This document shows positions 51,902 to 64,000 of a stretch of 64,000 nucleotides of DNA, one piece after another. The notes beneath the pieces are model-generated. The model searched no databases, was not told the origin of the DNA, and saw only the letters and a program-made list of their open reading frames with translations. Source of the DNA: Octopus vulgaris (taxonomy: Eukaryota); assembly GCA_951406725.2 (NCBI GenBank), contig OX597822.1, positions 5,518,001-5,582,000 of the forward strand, written 5' to 3'. A program made the position numbers and the translations under genes. Within the stretch, counting starts at the first letter, position 1; each line of letters starts with the position of its first letter.

Positions 51902-51989
51902 AACAACAAACAAGATGAGGACAAATATCTGCCGAATGTAAATAATGCAAATAATGTAGGTTTTTTTGTTAGTTTATATTATGTAGTTG

Positions 51990-52372
51990 GAGTGATGTCC
52001 CCATCTTAACTGTTGCTTTCACTACATTTCAGTTGTGTATGCTCCACCTTTCTCTAGGTTTCTTGTGATTCACCTTAGTGCTGTACCTGGAATTAAATTC
52101 AGAATTTACTATCTTTGGTTTTTTTGATAAAGCTTTGATAGTGAACACATTATTGATTATATGAAAATATTACAATTCTATATTTTGAGATGAGGAATTT
52201 TATATTATGTACCCCATATATATTAGACTGTTGTCCTCATCTTGATAGTTGCTTTCATTACATTTTGGCTGTGTACACTCTGTTCTTCATTCAGACACTT
52301 GAAGACAAGATAAGGTCATCACTCCAAATGATATATAATATGAAAATTCCTCATCTCAGAAATATAGAATGT
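51990..52372. mobile_element. Older diverged relatives of the same pLTR, with inverted termini
   Basis: ATTCTATATTTTGAGATGAGGAATT (52175) inverted vs AATTCCTCATCTCAGAAATATAGAAT (52345); GTCCTCATCTT motif shared with 12489 and 51481. Confidence 0.6.
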
Positions 52373-55206
52373 TTGTTAGTTTGTAACCAAAACTTATTCT
52401 AGTATGAAACAACAAATGGTAAGAACTCATTGGAGCTGGGTCTTAATAATAAGTACCAGTAGAGCATGGGTGTTCCATGCTCAACTGGTACTTCCCTCCT
52501 CTGAAATTGCTGGCCTTGTGCCAAAATATGAAACCAATATTTTTAGTTGCAAGCTAAGAAATATAAAAGGAGATAGAGACATAAAATTTATTAGTTCTTT
52601 TAATACTTAAAAACTGTTAGATTTAATTTGTATGAGGTTTAAGAACTTCCACAGATAACCCAATCATCACTCTGTTGAATAGTTATATTTTATAGGATAT
52701 TCATAAATAGGTTCCTATAGACTGGATAACTTCATTGATTTAATAGGAGGCACCAGTCTTGCTAAAGATTATGATTATATCAACATGAGTATTTCCAATT
52801 GCTTCATATTTAATTTTCCATTCTAGATTAAGTAGGGTAGCTTTTACAAAATTAGTAGTTTCCATATGAATTGCTAGAACAACTATTTATTTTTCCAGCT
52901 GATTGAATATTTATTGACTTTTCTCACTTATGAAATAAGGGTGGCCAGACTAACAGTCACAAGAAGTTCCTAAGATCACAACACATTGTAGCACAAATTT
53001 CTACTCATGACCTTGTGATCAGCAGACCAATAAATTAATCCCATAGTTAATGTAATTCTATAAAATATTATATAATTACAAATAAATAGGAACAAAATAC
53101 AAATTAACAGATTATTGACTTCCTTATTTTATAACATACGTAGTCTAAACAGAAAACCTACAACTGCTGCTTTCACAATTTAATAGCGAGTAAACTATAA
53201 AAGAAAACAAATATTAGACATATTTGTTTTTGTTTCTCTTTTAAAAAGAAATATTCATACATTTATATATTTTACTTTTCCCAAAATATCATCAATATTA
53301 ATTGACAAGACAATTTTGTCCACATCACAAAATATTTAAAAACATGACCTCCTATGTAGGCTTATTTCAACATTTTATTGTTGTTGTGTATCTCTCTCAT
53401 ATACATACACACACATCCACATACACACATCCACATTCCCACACACAAATAAATATTTATATTTCAAGACATTTGTTGTCTTTCTAACGTTATAGATTTC
53501 AATATATCATAAATTTAACCAAGCTTTTTTATTATTTACTTTCCATTTATTTTATATTTCGTCTAAAATTTAGTTGCAGAGTTCTAAAAAATAATAATAA
53601 TAATAATAAACTAAATGCTAAAGTAAGGTAGAAATATTTGTCTGGTTATGATGAAGATAATAATGTTCTCAAAACACAAATCTATAAAATATATATATAA
53701 AAAGAGTATTGGAAGATGTGACATGTATGCCTTTCCTAAGGTCACAAACAAGGCATAGAAAATTACTACAATGAGATGCAGGAACCAGACTTTAGTTTAG
53801 CAATATATTGCCACAGGGCCTGTCTGTCTAAACATACAATAGTATCTGATTAATGCATGCTGATAATGTTGTTGTTGTTGTTGCCCCAATAGGAGCTTGA
53901 TATTGTAATCTGAACAGATAGAATGATTTCATTTCAAATTCAAATGAGATTTGAAATTTCTGGGCAGGATATAACCATAAGGACTTTACCCACAAACAAG
54001 TTTGGTAGAGTACTCTGCATTCCATTTGGAACATGGTTCTGTGAACACACTGCTCCAATGAAACCTGGGCAGGACATCCTACACATTTTCTTACTATAAG
54101 CTCATATCTTGGTAATGTCATCAGAAGAATGATACATCAACAACTTTTACTGTTAATTACAAGATTTTCTTTGTGCATTCATTGCCAAGAATGTTTTTTT
54201 TTTTAATATTTTATGTTTATCTTGTCTTTTACTTTATGTTTATCCATCCACAAAAGTAACAATTCAGCCTTAACAATCATGCCAAAGCAGACATTGGGGC
54301 TAGATGAGGTCCTTGGACATGTCAGATCCGGTCAAACCATCCAAACCATGCCAGCATAGAGGGGGAGGACAACAACAACGGTGGCAGCGATGACGACGAC
54401 AACAACAATGATGAACTTTTGTGTTGTCATCATCATTTTTACATGCTCTTTTCAATGGGTACTAGGAGAAAATCCCCTTTCCAATCAATATCCCCTTGGA
54501 TATTGTTCTTTCGTTACAATAAAAATATTTTAGGAAAGTGAGATTTTATAAAAAAATGTAATATTAGTTGATAGCTTTGTTTAAAATTTGTCTGGGGTGG
54601 GTGGGATTTTGTCCTGATACCTTTCTATGTTAGCATGAATTGAACGCAACTTGATGAGAGAGTATTCTTGAGCTGGAGATATTTGCTGATGTTGGCTCCT
54701 ACATGTTTTTAAGGTCTTTTTTTTTTGTTCCCTGACTCCACATGAACCACATGAACCACTGAGCTATCAGGATGATGTTTATGTGGAAGCATCATCCCTG
54801 CTTTTGATTAACAATGCCAGCTAATTGCGACAATTCATAAACAAATTACCCAGCAGCTAGGCAGTTCTTGCAGTATCAATAACAAAGTTATGATGATATA
54901 AATATACATACATATTATCTATATAGTGGTTGGTGTGTTGCACTCACAATCACAATATCATGGTTTCAATTTTCAGACTGAACAGTGCATAGTGACTATG
55001 GGCAAAATGTTATTTCACATTGCACGGCAATCATTTCAACACTTGATATGTGACACACGTGTGCACCCGTATAGACAATGTCAAATTGATGGAGGAAATG
55101 AGATTATGTAAACACGAACATTTGATCACTATAAACAAATAATCAATGTGAATGTTCAACAAGAAATTGTGGAACCCTCATCTGTTGTCTAATGACAAGA
55201 GAGTCC

Positions 55207-55517
55207 ATAATAATAATAATAAAAACATTGTGTACAGTGCTCAGGTGCACTACAACTCATCTAAAGTGTATATATAATCAGGTGTAGTTTCGGCGGATTT
55301 CGGAAAGCATGAGGGCCTTAAAGGATGCAGTGTCATGGCAGTCAACAACTGACGCAGGCAGTTTGTTCCATGCTTCAGCAACTCTGAGCGTGAAAAAATG
55401 TTTCCGAAAGTCATGGGAGCTGTGTTGTTTTCTGACTTTGTAGGCATGTCCACGTGTGTTAGACACATGGAGATCAAAAAGGTGTTCAGTGTTGTTGTTG
55501 GTGAGGTGGTTGATATA
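55207..55517 (-). mobile_element. CR1-clade LINE 3' end with (ATT)n tail
   Basis: SNTRGHAYKVRKQHSSHDFRKHFFTLRVAEAWNKLPASVVDCHDTASFK = CR1 ORF2 C-terminus. Confidence 0.9.
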
Positions 55518-55837
55518 AACAAACATGCATATGATGGGTTTCTGTATCATTTCCTCTTATGAAATTCACTCATATGGCATTGCTCAGCCCAAGGCTGTAG
55601 TAGAAAATATTTGCACAAAGTACCATGCAAACCTGAAATCACATAGCTTCAAAGTAAATTTCAAAATCATACCCATACCTAAACCAGCCATAGAAACTAT
55701 GCCAAAGCAGACTCTGAAGCATGATGTAGTCTTTTGACTCATCGGATCATGCTGAACCATCCCACACATGCCAGCATGAAAGATGAATGTTATCTGATAC
55801 TGAGTATAAACACACACATGTGCATTAACTTTATCAA

Positions 55838-55925
55838 ATAGACAGATAGACAGACAGACAGACAGAGAGGTAGACAGACAGACAGATAGATAGGTAGGTG
55901 GATAGATAGATAGATAGATAGATAT

Positions 55926-55998
<73 letters not shown>

Positions 55999-56107
55999 CA
56001 GATAGGTAGACAGATAGGTAGACAGATAGATAGACAGATAGATAGACAGATAGATAGACAGATAGATAGACAGACAGATAGGTAGAGAGACAGACAGATA
56101 GATAGAT
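55838..56107. repeat. (GATA)n/(GACA)n tetranucleotide microsatellite
   Basis: Directly visible. Confidence 0.95.
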
Positions 56108-58249
56108 GCACACACACACACATAACATAGATGAGGATGGGCTCTCTTATCAAAAATTATGAACAAGTATCTAATTGATCAAGTGAACAATCTATTCATA
56201 GCAAAATTACTAAATATCCCAGAGCCTTAATATTCAGACTATATTCCGTCTTAATATTCAGACTTTAATATCCAGAAAAATATTTCAGAACATTAACACA
56301 ATTCTCCAAGAGAATCAGTGACAATTTAGATTACTGGTACAGAGCACCCAATGTGCTTCTACACAGTAGGATCAATCCAGTGTAAGAGTAAAAGACACAG
56401 TACCACACAATGGGATCAAAACTTCAAGTCATTATTGTTGCAAAGCAGAATTTTGAACATGGTTATGCTGGAATTCATTGAGTGCAAGAATGAGTTTCCT
56501 TTACTTTTTTACAAGTAGCAGTGCCCAAAGTAATGTTAAAAACGGGCAACCAACCCCTTGTAGCAATGAAGAAAAGAACCAACCATATACAATATAATTA
56601 CACTCTACAATACACATTGAGTATTTTTTCATGTGTTTGTGAAACAAAAACTGTGCAGAGAGAGGGAGAAAGAAAAGAAAGATAATTGATTGGGCTTTTT
56701 GTGTATATATATATAGTGACATTTGTCAAAACTACATAGAGATCATGTAAAAAGTAAATATATTTTAATTCTAGATATAAAATAAATCTAAAATAGACAA
56801 ATATAACTTATATTGTATCTTAAGTCTCTAAGTAAGATTTATGAAATGTAGAGCCTATATAGACTTAATGGAACAATTAAAGAATTTATAAATGTTTATT
56901 CACCAGGCTGTTTGAGCAATGCAACTTCTTTCATCTTGCATTTTTGAAAGAAGTTTGTTTCTTTTTCTCCTTTAAGAAAAAGGCAAATAGATATATCTTT
57001 CTTAATCTTTTAATATCTATTCCTTTTAAACTATTACACATCAACAGCTTTTATGGTTTTGCTTTAAGTAAAAATTTTAAACTCTCTTCTATTTCACACT
57101 TTTTTTCTCAATTGGAAATGATTCATTTTCCTTTAAATGTAAGGCAAATAGTCAGAGCTCTTAAATCTTTTAACACAAAACCCTTTTAACCCATTGCATG
57201 TTGATGGCCAACTCAGCCTGAACTTCTTTTAAAAGAAAGCAAACATGCATATTTCTGTATATATGTGCATGCATGTCAATGTGTATATGCTCCACCTATC
57301 TTATAAAGCTCCTCAGGTTAAAGATATCTTTCAAATGAAAAATTTCTTTTGTTCAGAACAGGAAATTTTGGATCTATCATACAACTTAAAATTTTTCCTG
57401 ACCAGTAAGTTTCACAAGGTTAACAGATATCAGTTAATCTTAATATACTGATTTTCTTTCCTTTTATTCATATAACGTCAAACATTAGTCATATTAGTGA
57501 ATGTTAATGTACATTACTTTGAAAATAGTGTGGTGCCATGCACACAAAAGCTACTAATTGAAAAGTATGTGTCTATATAATGAATATAAATGCAGATATT
57601 AAACAAACAGGACATAGAAAGAAAATCATGCACATCTTTCCAATTCTGTTACCCAATAAAGAGAAATATCTGATCCAATATTAGTAAGAAAATGAAAATT
57701 TCAAACAAAAGTTAGATATTTTTTTGCAATAAATCAGTATATAACTGTATTTTGTACATCTATTATAGCACAACCTCTATTGCTAAATAACTTGACTTTA
57801 TTTCAAATGGATTTCAATTATCATGAAACTGGTTTTGTACTTCATATGACCTAAATTTTGTGAATTTCATTTATAGTAAAGTTGATTTAGGCTTATACTC
57901 ATTTAAAAAGAAAAACAGAAAAGAAAAGAAAGGATTTGTTAATCTGCTTGGGAATCACTGGTTTACAAAAAAAAAAACAAAATATGAATTTTTAAAATTT
58001 TAGTTGTCTGAGTAAAAACAAGTATTCAAACAAACAAACTGCACCAATACAGAAATAGTTAATAATTTGGTGGCTAAATATGTAAATAAAATGTCTTGCC
58101 ACATTTGTCCTGACTTTCTGTATTTCAAGATCAAGTCCTACCATGGTCAGCTTTGCCTTTCATATTTTCAGGGTCAACAACAAAATACCAGTCCTGAATG
58201 ATGGACTGGTGGAAATGTAAAAATGTCAGACCAGATATCTTGCAGTATA

Positions 58250-58720
58250 TCATCATTATCATCATTTAGTATCTGCTTTCCATGCTGGCATGATGGGTTA
58301 GACAGTTTGACTGGAACTGGTAAGCCAGAGAGCTGCACTAAATTCCAATCTGATTTGGCATGGTTTCATAACGTCAACCACTCCAAGAGAGTAATGGATG
58401 CTTTTTATGTGCCACCAGTATCAGTGATTTCATGTACCACCGGCACAGGTGCCAGTGACATGGCACTGGCATTGGTTGCAAATACGATTTCACTTGGCTT
58501 GACAAGTCTTTATACATGCTTCTGCATTCTGAACCGAGCCCCTCTATGGGTTTCTTGGGTAGTGTATGTAATCAGTCATAAGGTTTACACCTAGGTGCAT
58601 TTAGCAGAATCACTCTACTGTAAGGACTTCTTCAGCCAGGTCTCTGGTTTGAGGATGCCTTCCTCTCTACTTTTTACCAGCCTCAGAGGCCTTGTAAAGT
58701 GACATGGGTACATTCTTCCC
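58250..58720 (-). mobile_element. Degenerate RTE-related element (family C tail plus possible ORF end)
   Basis: TTTCCATGCTGGCATG..GCTTTTTATGTGCCACC; matches 28623-28862. Confidence 0.65.
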
Positions 58721-58924
58721 TCCAAACTAAAACATACAAAAAATATAGATCATATCATCTTCCTTAACCCTAACCATTTACTTTCACAAACGTCTTATGC
58801 ATACACAATCATGGTACCTCCTGCCAGATAAACATTCCATCTGTGAACAAATTTCTGAAACATTGCTGAAACACTGAATTGGTTACATGACTATAGTTTT
58901 AGTTATTAGTACTGAGACATAAAT

Positions 58925-58965
<41 letters not shown>

Positions 58966-58969
<4 letters not shown>

Positions 58970-59346
58970 AGAATACTATATCTCATTTGTATTTTTGGAT
59001 TCACTAGTGTTGGTGGTCTGACATGGTTTGTCCGGTGTTACCATTATCGGACGGGTATGTTTGATTCTTAGTACTTTCAAATCTAAATCAGAAGAAATCT
59101 CTGAGCTGATGAAGGAAATGTTGGCGTTTAGTCACCTAATCCAGAAACAGGCTTGTCCCCGGGTATATCATATGGATGTGATCTTTCGTTGTTTTTCCCT
59201 TATACCTATGTGAGTTATTTCTGAGTATGCATTGTCTGGGAGACTTTTCTTGCAGTAGAAGAAATAGCCAAATTTTTGGCTGCTATTTCTAAAAAGCTGA
59301 GTGTGTGGTAAAGTAAATTATTTTACTTTACCCTATTTTTATAAAG
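58966..59346 (+). mobile_element. Solo PLE pLTR-like element with hammerhead, inserted in (TA)n
   Basis: ~380-bp non-microsatellite segment bounded on both sides by (TA)n; contains hammerhead 59099-59163. Confidence 0.65.
59099..59163 (+). ncRNA. Type-I hammerhead ribozyme motif with GUC cleavage triplet
   Basis: CTCTGAG-CTGATGA-A-GGA..TCC-A-GAAA-CAGGCTT-GTC-CCCGGG; near-palindromic stem III ACAGGCTTGT. Confidence 0.68.
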
Positions 59347-60299
59347 TATATATATATATATATATATATAGGAATTCTCGGTTATGTTTTTGAGGCAATT
59401 GCAGCCCCTGTCAGAATATCTTATGTGCTTTATAACAGTATTGGAGCATTTTAGCTCTTATTTCTAGCAATGCAGAGGTCTTGACAGCCTTAGTCATGTT
59501 TAGTTGATGACTGTAATTCTCCATTATGGTATAACATTGAAACTATCTGTTTTTATTAATTTATATATGTAAAAAATACATTATTACACCTCACTACTAA
59601 TTACAAGCATGCAGCTAAAATATTAAGGCTCTACATATAATAAGCTTTACAATATCTAATGATCTTTCAGAGTCATTATGTGTTTATGATACAGACAAAA
59701 CCTGATGCCATAAGCTGAACTTGTTTTTCAGGCCTAGAAAATACTTTAGTTTTCTGAATAGTCATATATCCCTTACAAAGCAAAAGTGAACCTTACATAT
59801 ATAGCTCATTGCAGCTGCCAGTCATGCAAACATTCTCAATTATGTCATGAGAAATAAGCAAGCAAAAAAATTAAATGCAGCATAACTGAAAAGTCAACCA
59901 TTTACCAAGACTTACAACCACTGTCATATCTCCTCTTCCCACAATTACCCTACATTTAAAGCTGCAGCGTTACTGCTATTACTGCAAAAGCCTCTGCTTT
60001 TCTGTGCTAACAGATGGTTTACTCACCATACCTAAACATACCTCCCACCCTTTTGTGTCTACTGATCCTTAAGTAATTGTCTTAACTGACATGCATATAT
60101 TTTCAATAAGTATATTAGAAATCTTTCTTACCAGAACTTACATCACTTTGTGATAGCATGCCTTTCTCAACAAAATGTGTTCTGATGATAGAGTCAAGTT
60201 TAACTTTAACTGCATTGACTAAACTAGTAGGATGGCCTACAAGGGGTTTAGATACTGCTTCCTAGCCCCAAACTACCTACACACACACATAGATATATA

Positions 60300-61177
60300 C
60301 AGGATGTCCCAAAAGTCACTGATGGGTTTCGAGTTTTAATAACTTCCTTAACTTTACAAATAAATGCATGAAATTATGAAATTTTGATACAATATAAAGG
60401 ACATAATGGAAATTAATATGCACAAGTCCAATTTTGTAAAACCACTACATCACATGAAAAATGACATCACTTAAATGGCAGCCATTTTTGGCTTTGCACA
60501 CCCATGCTCTTTCCAAATCTTTCACCAAAACACACTCAGGAGTTTCAGACCCCACTTCTCTGATTTTTCTACTGATGTTCTCCTTCAGTTGCACCAGGGT
60601 CTTCAGCTTGTTGACATAAATCCTCTGTTTCAGGTATTCCCACAAGAAAAAGTCCAAGCTAGTCAAGTCTGGGGAATGTGAAGGCCATTTAAAGTAGACC
60701 TCACACATAGTTACAGCAATATGGGGCAATTGCTCATACTGCAAGAGAAACAATGCAGCTGCTATGGCAGTGCTTTGGAGGGAGAATAATCTCCTACTAT
60801 GACAATGTCAACTGACCTGCAAGAGAGGATTTATGTCAACAAACCTGAAAGAGAGGGTTTACATCAACAAACTGGAGACCCTATGCAACTGAAGAACATC
60901 AATAGAGAAATCAAAGAGAAATCAGAGAAGTGGGGTCTGAAACTCTTGAAGGTATTATGGTGCAAGGTTTGGAAAGAGCATGGGCGTGCAAAGCTGAAAA
61001 TGGCTGCCATTTAAGTAATGTCATTTTCTATGTGATGTAGTGGTGTTGCAAAGTTTGACATGTGCATATTAATTTCCATTATATCCTTCATATTGTATCA
61101 AAATTTTGTGCATTTGTTTGTAAAGTTAAGGAAGTTATTAAAAATTGAAACCCATCAGTGACTTTTGGGACATCCTG
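60300..61177. mobile_element. Palindromic Tc1/mariner-superfamily derivative with ~335-bp inverted arms containing the transposase C-terminus
   Basis: TA|CAGGATGTCCCAAAAGTCACTGATGGGTTTC...GAAACCCATCAGTGACTTTTGGGACATCCTG|TG; ORF 60445-60753 WPSHSPDLTSLDFFLWEYLKQRIYVNK; mirrored ERIYVNKP on + strand. Confidence 0.92.
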
Positions 61178-61192
61178 TGTGTGTGTGTGTAT

Positions 61193-61600
61193 ATTTCATT
61201 TCATTTCATTTCATTTGGGTTTGAGTCCATGCTCAGGCCAAGTCGAAGACTCCACCCTCAGAGTCTGGTGTGGTTGCCAGGTTGTATTCTCTGCTTAATT
61301 TTGACATGTGTAGGAGCGAGTTTGAGTCAGTTTGTGCTCGTTGTGTATATCCTGGGAGATGGGGTTCATCTCTAATGGTGCTTAAGTATCTATCCAGTTG
61401 CAATTTGAATGATTCCACACTGCATCCTGATAGATTTCTGACATGTACCGGAATGGAGTTGAACAGTTGTGCTCCTCGAACCAACAGACTTGATTCTCGC
61501 AGGGTTTTTGCTGCCTGGCCAGCCTTTTTGTTGATTGGTGGCAGCTGGCAGCGTCTTCCGTGGCGCAGTGAGTGGTAGGTTTTGATACCAAAGTTTGGTA
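61193..61600 (-). mobile_element. CR1/L2-group LINE 3' end with (TGAAA)n tail
   Basis: RGAQLFNSIPVHVRNLSGCSVESFKLQLDRYLSTIRDEP = CR1-group ORF2 C-terminus; tail at 61193-61216. Confidence 0.85.
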
Positions 61601-62529
61601 TATATATATTTAAATGACTCCACTTAAATATAGTGATACTAATAACCAGTTGCTAGAACTCGAAGTAATTATACTTTATAGTAAATCAAGTCAGTAGTGC
61701 ATACTGTGTACAAACATAGCTACAGTAGAAGCAGCTGTAATCTTGAGAAAGTGAGTATATAATTCCTGCTGTTTTGTCTTTCATTAATTGAGATATATGT
61801 ATTTTTTTAAGAAAGTAGGACTAAGTTAATCTGTTTCTCATAGGACACAAAAAAATCCATAAATGTAGAGAAACAGATGTAACCCTCGAATGATAAAGAA
61901 ATAATATTTTCATAGAATAATGGGAAGAGGCTCCTGAAGAGCTATGTCCATTATTTGGTTTCAACTTTTAGTTATAAGCTTTTTCATTACTTCTTTTTTC
62001 TTGCATTGTTAAAATACTTGGAAAAAAACATTAACATTGCAAATCCCATTTGCTTTTTCTCAGAAAAAGTGCTAAATACTTATTGGTGGATACCACAGTT
62101 ACAAATAGTCAATCAAAAGGTGCAAATATTTGATATTTGATTACTATTCCCTCAGTGTGTGCACTACATAAATCATGAGCTAACAGACACTGGAAACAAA
62201 TTGGTTTGAGCAAGAAAGCTTTTATGAAGTCTTAAGAGGAAATATTTCAATTTAGTTTCTTTTTTTTTAATATTCACTTTCTAAATACTATATTTATATC
62301 AATAAAGCTGCCATAACTACTACTACTACTACTACGAGAAGTAACATAAATGATTAACAACATAATGAAATATTACCTCAATAGTTAATATTTTTCCTAG
62401 TTATTTAAATTCTGTTGATTTACAGTTAAAATTTACTCTTCATATTATTACTTCTACAACCACTGCCATGTGATAGTAACATTGTTATAATACTCATCAC
62501 TACATCATTGTAATAACTATTGTTATGAA

Positions 62530-62807
62530 GCCAGTGCCGCCTCGACTAGCTTCCGTGCAGGTGGCATGTAAAATGCACCAATCCGACCGTGGCCGATGCC
62601 AGCCTCGCCTGGCACCAGTGCAGGTGGCACGTAAAAAGCACCCACTACACTCATGGAGTGGTTGGCGTTAGGAAGGGCATCCAGCTGTAGAAACATTGCC
62701 AGATAAGACCGGAGCCTGGTGCAGCCTTCTGGCTTCCCAGATCCCCGGTCGAACTGTCCAACCCATGCTAGCATGGAGAACGGACGTTAAACGATGATGA
62801 TGATGAT
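62530..62807 (+). mobile_element. RTE-related non-autonomous element (family C), young and near full-length, (GAT)n tail
   Basis: Two GTGCAGGTGGCAYGTAAAA.GCACC units, GGTTGGCGTTAGGAAGGGCATCCAGCTGTAGAAAC, tail CCAACCCATGCTAGCATGG..CGTTAAAC(GAT)n. Confidence 0.88.
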
Positions 62808-63561
62808 TGTCTCATCACTGTAGTTTCTTTATAATTGTTATAGTCACACCATTGTAGTCGGAGTACAATCATTATCAACACGTTATAGTAGTACTTTTGT
62901 AATCATGGTAATTACATCATTGTGAAAGCATTGTACTAAACACCACAAATTGATTACTTACAGTCGATGTAACAAGATTTTATATGCACAATATATCAGC
63001 CTTTCTTTTCTAAAGTGTACTGGAATTTGAATTTAGACAACTTTAAACTCATTTTGCTATATCTTGTATTGCCTGGATATGTCTGCATTAAAAAGCAGTG
63101 TTAAACCCAAGTGCTTTAACTGTAAAATAGCCTTTTTCATTACTAACCATTAAATATAAAGCTGAAAGGACAAATTTTCAGCAGGCTGAAATGATGCAGT
63201 TCTAAGCACAATATATTTTCCAATTTAATTGACATCATGGTAATTATCACCAATAACGTTTATACCCGCTGTTTTTCTATGTCAGCTGGACAAGCAGTTT
63301 TAAAACTTTTATATAAGACAAAGATAGAATTTAGCACATCTTTAATGACCAGTTACAACTGTTTCGGCACCATCCTGTTTTTAATGCCAATGCATGCAAA
63401 AGTTCAATGTGAAAAATTAGATAATATCTGCAGTTTTTAAACACTAAAGTGGCCCTTCATAAGACATGTATCAAAAGGTGGGCTCTTACACTGCTCAATG
63501 TAAAAGCACACTTTTTGATGCAAGTCTGATGAGGCACTACTCCAGTATTTAAAACTGCAAA

Positions 63562-63901
63562 TCTTTATATATAAAGATGAAGTTAACCAAAAGCGGGTAT
63601 CTTATAGTCGTGATTCATATCGAGCCCTTTTGGGTATTAGTGCGCATCTACGATGAGTCTACGATTTAAAAAAAAATTTACCATCATTTTTTTCCCATTT
63701 TTAATGCATTTTTTTGCTATTATATAAGGGAAGTAACTCACTAAAAATGTATTATTAAATCTCAGAACGTAAAAGGCTAGAGTAACACCCCCTCCCTTTG
63801 TGGTTAGCCATATTGAGATGGCTATTATACTTTACATCTCTAAAAATGCTTATATAATTATTTCCCTTACAAATCCGAGCAACGCCGGGCGATACTGCTA
63901 G
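63562..63901 (+). mobile_element. Complete non-autonomous Helitron (340 bp)
   Basis: A|TC 5' end, subterminal hairpin CCGAGCAACGCCGG (63875-63888), CTAG|T 3' end, no TSD. Confidence 0.88.
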
Positions 63902-64000
63902 TATTACATTATATTACATAGACAAATCTACCCAGGATGCTTCAAACTAAACAGTTGGTTTTGAAGATGGTAAGAGTACTAATATTGTTTGTAATAAAAT

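Larger units (their letters stand above)
51426..51958. mobile_element. Head-to-head palindromic dimer of the tRNA-headed, hammerhead-bearing Penelope pLTR repeat; no ORF
   Basis: 51447-51675 is the reverse complement of 51680-51955; both arms match 12431-12838; axis at TGCCCACAGGCA. Confidence 0.88.

Noticed and set aside
53828-54121. 97-aa ORF in non-repetitive sequence
   Set aside because: No recognisable domain or convincing splice boundaries; length is compatible with chance
63526-63560. CTGATGA core (also at 40175 and 38870)
   Set aside because: No downstream stem II plus GAAA
1-64000. CRISPR arrays, rRNA genes, prokaryotic operons
   Set aside because: No regularly spaced repeat-spacer structure or gene-dense region; the sequence is eukaryotic

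Overview
AT-rich, repeat-dense eukaryotic DNA, almost certainly from an octopus (coleoid cephalopod) genome, judged from recognisable octopus-type tRNA-derived SINE families and abundant (TA)n/(TG)n/(GATA)n microsatellites. No intact host protein-coding gene can be supported; most listed ORFs are microsatellite or SINE artefacts. The window looks like a giant intron or intergenic region, and a few minus-strand splice-like signals hint at a host transcript. Recognisable content: dozens of SINE copies from at least 4 families; fragments of RTE (with a PHD finger inside the RT), CR1-type, R4/Dong-type and L1/Tx1-type LINEs; several Penelope-like elements (PLEs); a palindromic Tc1/mariner derivative; TTAA (piggyBac-like) MITEs; and non-autonomous Helitrons. 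The most notable observation is a set of minimal type-I hammerhead ribozyme motifs from several PLE-related families. One family couples a tRNA-like Pol III head to an (AAT)n spacer and a hammerhead-bearing Penelope pseudo-LTR. It occurs once fused to a Penelope RT fragment (12.4-13.3 kb) and once as a head-to-head palindromic dimer (51.4-52.0 kb). All calls were made by eye, without database searches, and repeat boundaries are approximate.
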